From the IMG/VR virus record IMGVR_UViG_3300037067_004861: a DNA stretch of 64,000 bases. One strand, given 5' to 3'. Positions 34,032-42,082 of this stretch are shown piece after piece (the first letter of the stretch is position 1; every line of letters starts with the position of its first letter). This stretch comes from a virus (taxonomy: Duplodnaviria; Heunggongvirae; Uroviricota; Caudoviricetes). The notes beneath the pieces were generated by a model, which saw nothing but the letters and a program-made list of their open reading frames with translations, was not told where the DNA came from and ran no database searches. The position numbers were made by a program, and so were the translations under genes.

Positions 34032-34370
34032 CTATTTTCCTTCCTTTTTTGTTTTGATTGCTTTTATCAATTCTTCTTTCCACATACGACTATAATTCGG
34101 TATATGCAGACGAGAAGCAATACGTCTTAATTCACGGGCTGTCAGACTCTCGTACTCACCGGAGTAAATGAGATTAGCCCACTCTCGTATACTATCAGGC
34201 TGTATTCTCTTGAAATACCGAAACACTTCTTTCCGCTGTTCCTTTGTGGCCTTTGTCCACGCTATCATAAACATTTCACTATTGACCAAGCGTTCTTGAT
34301 TCCGCAAATCCAGCAACTTCTTGTGATGAACGATTTTAATATCATCAGCCGTGATTCGTTCGATTCTCAT
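34032..34370 (-). CDS. Hypothetical protein with a C-terminal Rho_N/SAP-like motif (LRRIASRLHIPNYSRMWKEELIKAI)
   Basis: ORF track; motif read by eye. Confidence 0.4.
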   Translation of the reverse strand: MRIERITADDIKIVHHKKLLDLRNQERLVNSEMFMIAWTKATKEQRKEVFRYFKRIQPDSIREWANLIYSGEYESLTARELRRIASRLHIPNYSRMWKEELIKAIKTKKEGK

Positions 34371-34627
34371 TAGCGGTATCCATCAAAAATATAAGTATAG
34401 GGTTTACCAGTATTCTTCTTATAAACGCACTCATGTCTTGGCAATATACTACATGGTTCAATACACTCGGATACAATTGGTCTAGTTGAATATTTGGAGT
34501 AGAATATCAATTCCGGAAGATATCCTGGTAGTATTATAATTTGACCATCCTTAGGTCCACCTAATAACTGTACTTCCATAAGTTGCCTATGATAATATGA
34601 TATTAAAAGCATAATAATAAAAGCCAC
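34370..34627 (-). CDS. Hypothetical protein
   Basis: ORF track. Confidence 0.35.
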   Translation of the reverse strand: MAFIIMLLISYYHRQLMEVQLLGGPKDGQIIILPGYLPELIFYSKYSTRPIVSECIEPCSILPRHECVYKKNTGKPYTYIFDGYR

Positions 34628-34694
34628 CGGTAGGAATTGAACCTACAACCTGTTGATTACAAATCAACTCCTCTACCTATTGAGGTACAGTGGC
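34622..34694 (-). tRNA. tRNA-Thr (anticodon UGU)
   Basis: Hand fold: acceptor GCCACTG/CGGTGGC, D-stem CCTC/GAGG, anticodon arm GTTGA-TTTGTAA-TCAAC, T-arm GTAGG-TTCAATT-CCTAC. Confidence 0.8.
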
Positions 34695-34695
34695 A

Positions 34696-34767
34696 CTGTG
34701 CGGCCAGGACTTGAACCTGGAATCAACTGCTTAACAGGCAGATGCTTAACCATTAAGCTACCGCACA
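34696..34767 (-). tRNA. tRNA-Asn (anticodon GUU)
   Basis: Hand fold: acceptor TGTGCGG/CCGCACA, D-stem GCTT/AAGC, anticodon arm TCTGC-CTGTTAA-GCAGT, T-arm CCAGG-TTCAAGT-CCTGG. Confidence 0.75.
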
Positions 34768-35058
34768 AACTAATTTTTGTGTCGCACCTAGTCCAAATAC
34801 AATTGACTGATATATCATATCATAATATTGGTAAAATGTAAAGAAAAACTTTTCTTTTGGGTTAAGATCTTTTAAGAGTGAGTTCACTACTAATTTTAGA
34901 TTATTTTTTTCTATTTCAAAATCCTCCTGAGGTATCCATTCTACTATGTGTCCATAAAATCCTACAGGTGGTCTTGGGAATAGTGATAGGGACACAAAAA
35001 TAGATTTAAACTCTAACTCTGTATACACAATGGCAAAAGCATCTACCATAGTAATCAT
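34753..35058 (-). CDS. Hypothetical protein (3' end overlaps tRNA-Asn by about 15 nt)
   Basis: ORF track. Confidence 0.35.
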   Translation of the reverse strand: MITMVDAFAIVYTELEFKSIFVSLSLFPRPPVGFYGHIVEWIPQEDFEIEKNNLKLVVNSLLKDLNPKEKFFFTFYQYYDMIYQSIVFGLGATQKLVCAVA

Positions 35059-35067
35059 GGCTGCCCC

Positions 35068-35292
35068 TTACACCGTTACAATGTGGTCTGTCACTGTTCT
35101 TAATAACCAACCGTCTGCATTAAACCAATGAATTAGTACCGTATTGTCGCTATGGCAAATTTCAATAACATTGCTGAGTGGGTCATTATCCACCCTGAAT
35201 GTTTGTTTACTCATTTTAGGATACGTCGATTCAAATATTTCAGTATATCCTAGACTCTTACAATACTCATAAACAATGTCTTTAGTGGTCAT
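35068..35292 (-). CDS. Hypothetical protein
   Basis: ORF track. Confidence 0.4.
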   Translation of the reverse strand: MTTKDIVYEYCKSLGYTEIFESTYPKMSKQTFRVDNDPLSNVIEICHSDNTVLIHWFNADGWLLRTVTDHIVTV

Positions 35293-35606
35293 GGCTGCTC
35301 CTGGGCGTCCTGAGCTAAAAGAACTTTAATATCATCTTGGATATATAAACCAAATATGTATTTGCTACCAGGCTTTAGTATTCTAAATATAGCTATTAGC
35401 GCCTGATCTAAATTCATTCTTTCTACCTGGGGATCATTGCTAATTCTCCAGGCTACATTTCGGCAATAATTCCAGAAATCTGATTTAGGGACTCTTTTAA
35501 ATACGTAAATGGCCTCACAATTGGAATCAGATAATAACATTTGATAAAGTGTGCTAAAAGTATCTAACATAGTTACCCCTTTAATGCTTAGGAGGAATCC
35601 AACCAA
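35289..35606 (-). CDS. Hypothetical protein
   Basis: ORF track. Confidence 0.4.
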   Translation of the reverse strand: MVGFLLSIKGVTMLDTFSTLYQMLLSDSNCEAIYVFKRVPKSDFWNYCRNVAWRISNDPQVERMNLDQALIAIFRILKPGSKYIFGLYIQDDIKVLLAQDAQEQP

Positions 35607-35889
35607 ACTCTTTAATTGGTTTTAAAATCAAAACATGGTAATTATAGTTACCATACAACGTATAGCATTCAATCTTGAATTTCTGATCCAGTTGTATTGT
35701 GTTGACAAGATTACGGAGATTGCGCATCGTGTTATCTTCTGTATGTTGGGAACAAGCAAACATACAGCTAATAGTTCCCCTTAAACTTATAGGGGCGGAG
35801 ATTTTACTCTCAATTATCTCAACGCAATCAACATAATCTTCTAAATAGTCATGGACAGTTTTCACGAATTCACTATGGTAGTCTATCAT
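35581..35889 (-). CDS. Hypothetical protein
   Basis: ORF track. Confidence 0.4.
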   Translation of the reverse strand: MIDYHSEFVKTVHDYLEDYVDCVEIIESKISAPISLRGTISCMFACSQHTEDNTMRNLRNLVNTIQLDQKFKIECYTLYGNYNYHVLILKPIKEFGWIPPKH

Positions 35890-35903
35890 TATTTTCTAAT
35901 TCC

Positions 35904-38183
35904 TTATTTATCACCCCAACTTGCTCTATATGTTTTCCAATCCATGCCAATAAGTGGTACGATCGGCCTATAGCTTTCTACCACTGTATGTACAATCTCT
36001 TTCACTTCATCTACCTTAGATGGGTCTACGGGAGTCAATACTTCATCATGGATATTCATTGGCTGTACTAGCCACTTATGCACGCCATAAGGCTGTACGT
36101 CCCATACTCTACGTTGCAGTTCTTTAGTTATTCCCGCTCCTGTGGATTGGATTTCGTGATTAGCCGCCGCCCGCATATTGCTTGCTTGGATATTAAAAGC
36201 AGAAGCGAACAACGCGGATTGTGCTGCCCCCGCTACCGTCTGCATCCTATCGCGGCGTTTCACTTTCAACTTAATGAATTTCCAGCCTTTCGGTGGGTTC
36301 TGGGCTAGATTAAATAGCTCCTTACATATCCTGTTCTCAAGAGTGAAATAACGCGGGAAACCAAGAAGACTCTCAATGTAATCGGAAGGCTCTGCCCATA
36401 TGACTGCCGAACCAATACCGCCCGGCTGCCGCATAGAGCAGAACATATCGAAAATTCGTTGTCTTGCTTTGGCGATTCCAGGATATCGTTTGGCGAAACT
36501 CTCGTAGGCTTTATTGGCAGTCTCGGCATCAATATGTAGCCGGTTCTCTAGTGTCTGGGCGTTACCGCCGTAATTCATGGCAAAAATACCGCTCTTACCC
36601 GCCTTATACATATCGTTTTCAGTCTTCTCTGATTTGAGTATATCCTCATAAGAGAAACCAGGAAACAGTTCTTGGGCGAATAGGCCGTGGATTTTAAGCC
36701 GGGTCTTCCCGTCTTTGCAGTCCTTGCAACCTTTTCCCTCGCATTTTGGGCAGTCAATCTCCGTTAGTAGGTCTTCACGTAGTTTGGGGTCTTTATACAC
36801 GGCCTCACTGATTGCTACCTCGAAACTATCGAAGTCCCCACCGCATAGTATGTGTCCATTATCGGCTAACGGGAAGCACTCTCTTATCTCTTTCACCCCT
36901 TTAATACCTTGGGGGTTCAAACCATCGGCACCACTCATCCGCCCGGACAGGGCACCGATAGCCTTGAAGGAGGCATGGAACCGTTCGGATTTGATAAGTT
37001 TATCAAAAAGCTCAATCTCTTTATCAGCGCCACGGGCATCCAAGACTTCTTGAGCCCGCTTCGCGGCGACGGTGTTTCCTTTCCACTCCGAGATAGATTT
37101 AAGAACCTTTTCCCCAGTGCCTTCCTTGTCGATAGTGACCATGGCTTCCGCAGCGGACATTACCTCACGGAGATAACCTTTCACCGCGTTAGGGGCGGTC
37201 TTGACGCTACCGCGCTTAGCTATGGCTAAATCCCTTTGCTTCTTTAAGCCCTCGACATCCAACTTATAACCCCGCCACCGCACGGCACCAATCATGCAAG
37301 CCAATTCAGAGTCAGTATCTCCGGGTTCGGGAGACTCGAAAAACTTGTATAAGTCTCTTGTGTAGACAATATCGTTAGCTGCGTATTTCCGGGCTAGATC
37401 ACTATAAGCCCAGTGATTGATATGGTGATGGATTACTTCCGGCCAGGCGCCCTTCCAATTGCTCTTGTTGCCAACGGCATTGGCGAAAGGAGCATAACCT
37501 AATTCCACTGGATTCCAATGCTCATTGACTCCAATATCAACTAGCTTCAAGATCAAGTCTTCCTTGACTCCTAGAGCATGTTGAGCCAGATTCTTCAATG
37601 ACCCTGAGGCACTGAATTTGAGAACAATATCTTTGAAGTCCGGGTCCACGTCGCCATTAGGCAGTTCTAAATCCCTGATCTGCCATTGTGGTGCGTACTT
37701 GTCCTTCCGACGTGAGAAATAGATTCCATCCAGTTCAATCCTGTCTTCTAGTTCATTACGCAGTAACGTAGCCAAACAGGTGGGGACTCTTTTCACACGT
37801 ATATCACTACGCTCCATTAAACTCTGATATGGACCCTTCCTAGCCCATAACATAACGTCACATGCTCTTTTCGGCTTCAAGCAGACATTGCTACCGCGAG
37901 CCTTGTATTCCAATTCCGCGATATACTCGATATTGTCTTCCGGGATGATATTATAATCATCAGCCAGAACGAAGGTGGTATAGGCTTTATACAAATGGTA
38001 CCAGTCGAACGCCAGATTGAAGCCACACACATCCTGTTGTGCTAACCACTCCAATAAATCTATACTCTCACTTATAGGATGACGCCAAAACTCCCACATT
38101 TTAATATCACCATCGTCTTCGGCGTATTGCAGTAATACGACGAAACTATGGAGGCCGCAGGTTTCGGTGTCAAGGTATATCAT
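35904..38183 (-). CDS. Family-A DNA polymerase with an N-terminal 3'-5' exonuclease domain
   Basis: Exo I YLDTETCGL; motif A CGGDFDSFEVAI; motif B KAGKSGIFAMNYGG; motif C MNIHDEVL. Confidence 0.8.
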   Translation of the reverse strand: MIYLDTETCGLHSFVVLLQYAEDDGDIKMWEFWRHPISESIDLLEWLAQQDVCGFNLAFDWYHLYKAYTTFVLADDYNIIPEDNIEYIAELEYKARGSNVCLKPKRACDVMLWARKGPYQSLMERSDIRVKRVPTCLATLLRNELEDRIELDGIYFSRRKDKYAPQWQIRDLELPNGDVDPDFKDIVLKFSASGSLKNLAQHALGVKEDLILKLVDIGVNEHWNPVELGYAPFANAVGNKSNWKGAWPEVIHHHINHWAYSDLARKYAANDIVYTRDLYKFFESPEPGDTDSELACMIGAVRWRGYKLDVEGLKKQRDLAIAKRGSVKTAPNAVKGYLREVMSAAEAMVTIDKEGTGEKVLKSISEWKGNTVAAKRAQEVLDARGADKEIELFDKLIKSERFHASFKAIGALSGRMSGADGLNPQGIKGVKEIRECFPLADNGHILCGGDFDSFEVAISEAVYKDPKLREDLLTEIDCPKCEGKGCKDCKDGKTRLKIHGLFAQELFPGFSYEDILKSEKTENDMYKAGKSGIFAMNYGGNAQTLENRLHIDAETANKAYESFAKRYPGIAKARQRIFDMFCSMRQPGGIGSAVIWAEPSDYIESLLGFPRYFTLENRICKELFNLAQNPPKGWKFIKLKVKRRDRMQTVAGAAQSALFASAFNIQASNMRAAANHEIQSTGAGITKELQRRVWDVQPYGVHKWLVQPMNIHDEVLTPVDPSKVDEVKEIVHTVVESYRPIVPLIGMDWKTYRASWGDK

Positions 38184-38186
38184 AGT

Positions 38187-38510
38187 TTACTTCTTTAGTT
38201 GCTTGTACTTCTCAGCGAAAAGTTCGGATTGCAGCGAGAAAACTAGTTCACTCATTTGCTGATTCTGTTTATCCATGAGACTCAGTTTAGTCTGTAGATC
38301 GGCGTTCATCACCCTAATCTCGTTGGCTCGATCTATAATCTGTTGGCATCTTGCATCAGCTTCCTGTAACTTAATGAGACACAATTTCACACTCTCAGAT
38401 TGATTATGGAGCGTGTCCACAGTGATATAGGAAACAGATAGACAAGCAATAAAGATAACGATAATCATAAGTCGTTGGAACATAGTTTCCCTTTCTTTCT
38501 TTTCTTTCAA
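38187..38510 (-). CDS. Membrane-anchored coiled-coil protein (N-terminal TM plus coiled coil; i-spanin- or FtsL-like topology)
   Basis: ORF track; topology read from the sequence. Confidence 0.35.
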   Translation of the reverse strand: MKEKKERETMFQRLMIIVIFIACLSVSYITVDTLHNQSESVKLCLIKLQEADARCQQIIDRANEIRVMNADLQTKLSLMDKQNQQMSELVFSLQSELFAEKYKQLKK

Positions 38511-38716
38511 TCCCAGGAGTCAATAATAAGAATATCATCTACCCAAAATATGAAACCAAACCACTGGACCCACATAGCCGAACGTATCGTTTTACTTTTA
38601 ACATCCAAGTAGGTAGCTCCATAGGTCCATGGATACAGTTGTTGTAAGCACCATAGAGTCTTTGAGTTACTCCGTATATAAGATAGGTGCCTTAGGAATT
38701 TTTTAAATTCGGACAT
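38507..38716 (-). CDS. Hypothetical protein
   Basis: ORF track. Confidence 0.35.
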   Translation of the reverse strand: MSEFKKFLRHLSYIRSNSKTLWCLQQLYPWTYGATYLDVKSKTIRSAMWVQWFGFIFWVDDILIIDSWD

Positions 38717-38718
38717 TT

Positions 38719-39543
38719 CTAAACCTCTACATCCTCGAAAGGCAACACATAAGGGATACCCTTATCCCGTGCGGCCCGTTTGATATCAAAATATAAGTCA
38801 GCACTACTGATATTACCGTTCGCCCAGGCCAGGGCTCGTGTAACTAAACTATAACCAAGCGTATCCCCGATATGCTTTATCATATCCTGTACTGTCGATA
38901 CGGATTGACGTTTCTTGACGAAGGGGCGTTGGGCTGGCTTCTTCCCAACATCCAAACCCTTTTGCCCATTAAGAAGTGAAGTCTTGATTTTCCTAACAGC
39001 CGCGTACTGATCGTCTGCACTGTCGAGAGTAGCTAATTGCCTAATCTGATATTGATTCAGAACACCAGCCGCGGCCTCCTCTTGAATCTCTTTCGGTAGT
39101 TTGAGTAAGTCTAAACGCACCTGTACCCAAGACCGTGACTTACCCAATTCTTTAGAAATTTGATCTTGAATTAGACCTAATCCCCTTAGTTTCTCTACCG
39201 CATGAGCCTCCTGCAGAATATTCAGTTCTTCGCGTTGCAGGTTCTCCGTGAGGTTGAGTAATCGGGCTTGTAGTTCGGATAACCCCGTCCGAATCATCGC
39301 TGGAATCTCAGTCTTCTTCAAGACGCGGCAGGCAGCGAACCGTCTGTGACCAGCAATGATTCTATAATCATAATTGGGTCCACTAGTTAGCGGTTGGACA
39401 GTAATAGGGAACTGTAGACCATTACGGTCTATGTCCTTGGCTAATTCGGAGACACTAAGTAAGGAGATAGTACCCCTGCAATTGAAATCACTATCACTAA
39501 AAATACGATTGATAGGTATGTTTTTTACTTGATAATCATCCAT
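38719..39543 (-). CDS. ParB-like nuclease-domain/HTH protein
   Basis: YRIIAGHRRFAA (ParB box) followed by an HTH region; adjacent to the DNA methyltransferase. Confidence 0.6.
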   Translation of the reverse strand: MDDYQVKNIPINRIFSDSDFNCRGTISLLSVSELAKDIDRNGLQFPITVQPLTSGPNYDYRIIAGHRRFAACRVLKKTEIPAMIRTGLSELQARLLNLTENLQREELNILQEAHAVEKLRGLGLIQDQISKELGKSRSWVQVRLDLLKLPKEIQEEAAAGVLNQYQIRQLATLDSADDQYAAVRKIKTSLLNGQKGLDVGKKPAQRPFVKKRQSVSTVQDMIKHIGDTLGYSLVTRALAWANGNISSADLYFDIKRAARDKGIPYVLPFEDVEV

Positions 39544-39742
39544 TGCTAATTCCTTGACATATTAGAATTACTATCCCAAGAGGATACATGAGTAGAGAAA
39601 TGAACCAGAGAAATATAAAGAAGTCCTCTACTCTTGTATCCTGGGTTGCCCAAGTAAGGACAGGTAGAATAAGCCAACTAAATGGGGGAGCAATAAATGT
39701 AATTGCCCCAAGGATACTACACATTGCTAATTCCCTAGTCAC
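39536..39742 (-). CDS. Small membrane protein
   Basis: ORF track. Confidence 0.35.
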   Translation of the reverse strand: MTRELAMCSILGAITFIAPPFSWLILPVLTWATQDTRVEDFFIFLWFISLLMYPLGIVILICQGISNG

Positions 39743-39773
39743 CGTTAGAAACTGGCTCTATCACGGGGCAACG

Positions 39774-40535
39774 TCATGCTCGGCTGATAGGAAGCCCGTG
39801 CTCCTCGGAGATGTTCCGGCAATAGGTGCTGTCCAGGTCGATCAGCGTGCATGACCGGCCGATTCGCTCGCAGACACGCAACGTCGTGCCGGTGCCGGCG
39901 AACGGGTCAATGACGGTGTCGCCCATCTTGGTGCTGAACAGCAAGCACCTTTCGACCAACCCCTCGTTAAGCTGTGTCGGGCACCATGGCCGGCGCTGCT
40001 TCGAGTTGCCGGTGACTCTCGGGAAGTCGAACACATCGCCCGGAACACGGCCTCGTGGATCAGCCCTCTTGTCTCCGTTCTCCTGCCGCCAGGAGGGCAC
40101 GCGAATGGCGTCGGGGTAGAACGCGGCATCGGGCCACCACAGACGAAGCAACGGGCGGTGGTTGTTCCCGAAGTCGTGATGGTTGTGCTGGCCGAACGTG
40201 AAGGTCTGGATGCAATTTTTGGCCGATAGTCGCGGGTTGGCTTTCAGTAGCCTCCAGACGATCATGCCCATGGCGAAACTCCACTTGGAGTTGTACGACA
40301 TCCACACCACGGGGGCCTTGCCAACGAACGCTTGAAGAAGCGTGTCGAGAAGATCAACATACTCATCGTCTGGCAGGTTGTCGTTGTGTTCGCTGTAGCC
40401 GAGCTTGATGTTGTCCGGCGGATCGGCGAAAATGCAATTCGCGTTCGGGATATGCTCAAGGACGTGAAGGCAATCGCCGTGGTAGAGATAGTGCATGATT
40501 AGTTTCCTAATTATCGAAACCCAGTAAGAGAGCAC
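39774..40535 (-). CDS. DNA methyltransferase (N6-adenine or N4-cytosine, beta class); conspicuously GC-rich gene
   Basis: Motif IV IFADPPDN precedes motif I IDPFAGTGTT; GC far above the surrounding genes, so the track shows many overlapping spurious ORFs. Confidence 0.7.
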   Translation of the reverse strand: MLSYWVSIIRKLIMHYLYHGDCLHVLEHIPNANCIFADPPDNIKLGYSEHNDNLPDDEYVDLLDTLLQAFVGKAPVVWMSYNSKWSFAMGMIVWRLLKANPRLSAKNCIQTFTFGQHNHHDFGNNHRPLLRLWWPDAAFYPDAIRVPSWRQENGDKRADPRGRVPGDVFDFPRVTGNSKQRRPWCPTQLNEGLVERCLLFSTKMGDTVIDPFAGTGTTLRVCERIGRSCTLIDLDSTYCRNISEEHGLPISRA

Positions 40536-40619
40536 ATACTAAGATAACAGTAGGAATAGATACTATAACGATACACGTAAAAACGAGTAGTGCAGTCTCT
40601 CCGTTATCTATTTTCATAG

Positions 40620-41795
40620 TCAATACTTCCTGTCTTTTAGGATTGTACCATAGCGTTTGGGGCCTAGGTGTTCCCTGTCGGAGCGTAACTTTACGTTAAG
40701 CCGCCAAGAGATTCCATGATCCTTATGTACGCCATGCACTAACTGTGATGGCTCCGAATAGCTAGACAAACTATTATAGACATATGGCGTCGTCGCCACC
40801 CACGTCCCGTTTAGGAGTGTCTCGCCATTAAGAGCGCTTTGCGTTGCGATATTGTGGAAGTGACCAAAACAATAGTAGTCAATACGCTTATCCATTGAGG
40901 AGTTAAGAGCGGTCAACCGTCGTGTCTTACGCTCGATACCATACCATGGGATGCCACTCCAGCTTTTAATATCATCTCCGTGGGCAACATGGAATCCGTG
41001 ACCCTCGATATCAAGATTCACACTGAAAGAATCCGGAATCAAGAAATCAACATTCTTTAAGTCTTGGCAATATGATTCCGCTATTCTCGCTACTAGATAG
41101 TCCCAGTTATCCGTGGGATTATTGTAGTCTTTCTTTATGGAACGGCGACCGTGATTACCGGGGACATAGACCACATGAATCTGTGGAAAATATGCCGCTA
41201 AATCCCTATACATAAGGGCGTGCATTTGTCCGATACCGTAGCAGTTATCGAACATATTACGATAGTAACTATGGTCCACCGACTTATGAATTTCACCGGA
41301 TGTATGATCCCCGTGAGCTAGTATATAAACCTCATGGAAGTCATAGTTTGATAATGTTTGCAGGGCGAATTTGATAACAGTATCAACATACGTCTCGGCC
41401 CGTCGAAGCATAATAGGGAAAGTCACCCGCTCAAGATTCCCTACTTGATGTGGCAGAACTAGTTCATCGGCGTGCTCATCCGTTAAATGGAGACATAGAG
41501 TCTCCGTAATCTTTTTTTCAACTAATTTGAATTTAGGGCATCCAGCCAATGGCTTAATAGGTTTGATAAGTTGTCGGGCTTCATCGGCGAGGGCAACGAA
41601 AACACTATTATCCCGTTGGGCAGCCTCATAGGCTTGCTTGTAGCGAGTACGATCGTCCTTCAGGGCGATATTCTCGGCCTCCAACTGTAAAATCTTTTTA
41701 TTAGTTGGATCGGCCTTAGCCTCTACCTTTTTAGCCTCTACCTTTTTAGTCATTGCTATTCCTAGTTTATATAGTTGGTGAAATCCGTGAACCAA
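40620..41795 (-). CDS. Calcineurin-like metallophosphoesterase (SbcD/Mre11- or phosphatase-like) with an N-terminal coiled coil
   Basis: LHLTDEHAD, ILAHGDHTSG, VPGNHG, HVAHGDD motifs. Confidence 0.55.
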   Translation of the reverse strand: MVHGFHQLYKLGIAMTKKVEAKKVEAKADPTNKKILQLEAENIALKDDRTRYKQAYEAAQRDNSVFVALADEARQLIKPIKPLAGCPKFKLVEKKITETLCLHLTDEHADELVLPHQVGNLERVTFPIMLRRAETYVDTVIKFALQTLSNYDFHEVYILAHGDHTSGEIHKSVDHSYYRNMFDNCYGIGQMHALMYRDLAAYFPQIHVVYVPGNHGRRSIKKDYNNPTDNWDYLVARIAESYCQDLKNVDFLIPDSFSVNLDIEGHGFHVAHGDDIKSWSGIPWYGIERKTRRLTALNSSMDKRIDYYCFGHFHNIATQSALNGETLLNGTWVATTPYVYNSLSSYSEPSQLVHGVHKDHGISWRLNVKLRSDREHLGPKRYGTILKDRKY

Positions 41796-42076
41796 TCATC
41801 AAAGGTTCGCTTATCAATCATACTATTACCATCGTCTTCATATCGTGTAACTAGATCAACTACTATAGTTTTAAACTCAGCTATATTTACAGGGATATCG
41901 TTTACGGAGTTGACCATTGACGCTAAGATATTAAAATCAAAATCACACATACATAATATCTTGTAGCATCGCGGGCAGATAGGACCATAATTAGTTTTAT
42001 GCACGTTATAGGTCTGAGTAATATTCTCAGTGTTTCCACAATATTTGCATTTCATTTTTCTTTCATATTCTTTCAT
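41762..42076 (-). CDS. Zinc-ribbon protein (CKYCGN...CPRC)
   Basis: ORF track. Confidence 0.4.
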   Translation of the reverse strand: MKEYERKMKCKYCGNTENITQTYNVHKTNYGPICPRCYKILCMCDFDFNILASMVNSVNDIPVNIAEFKTIVVDLVTRYEDDGNSMIDKRTFDDWFTDFTNYIN

Positions 42077-42082
42077 TTTCTT

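Noticed and set aside
36078-37229. Plus-strand ORFs inside the DNA polymerase gene; also antisense ORFs inside the primase (47800..48055, 48412..48624, 49453..49680), helicase (42316..42795), TMP (60921..61184, 62181..62405), ParB (45901..46428) and 2089..2926
   Set aside because: These are antisense or out-of-frame ORFs within strongly supported long genes.
39826-40459. Four overlapping ORFs (39826..40119+, 39842..40129-, 40060..40305-, 40262..40459-) inside the methyltransferase gene
   Set aside because: Stop-codon paucity in GC-rich DNA creates these. The methyltransferase frame carries the recognisable motifs.
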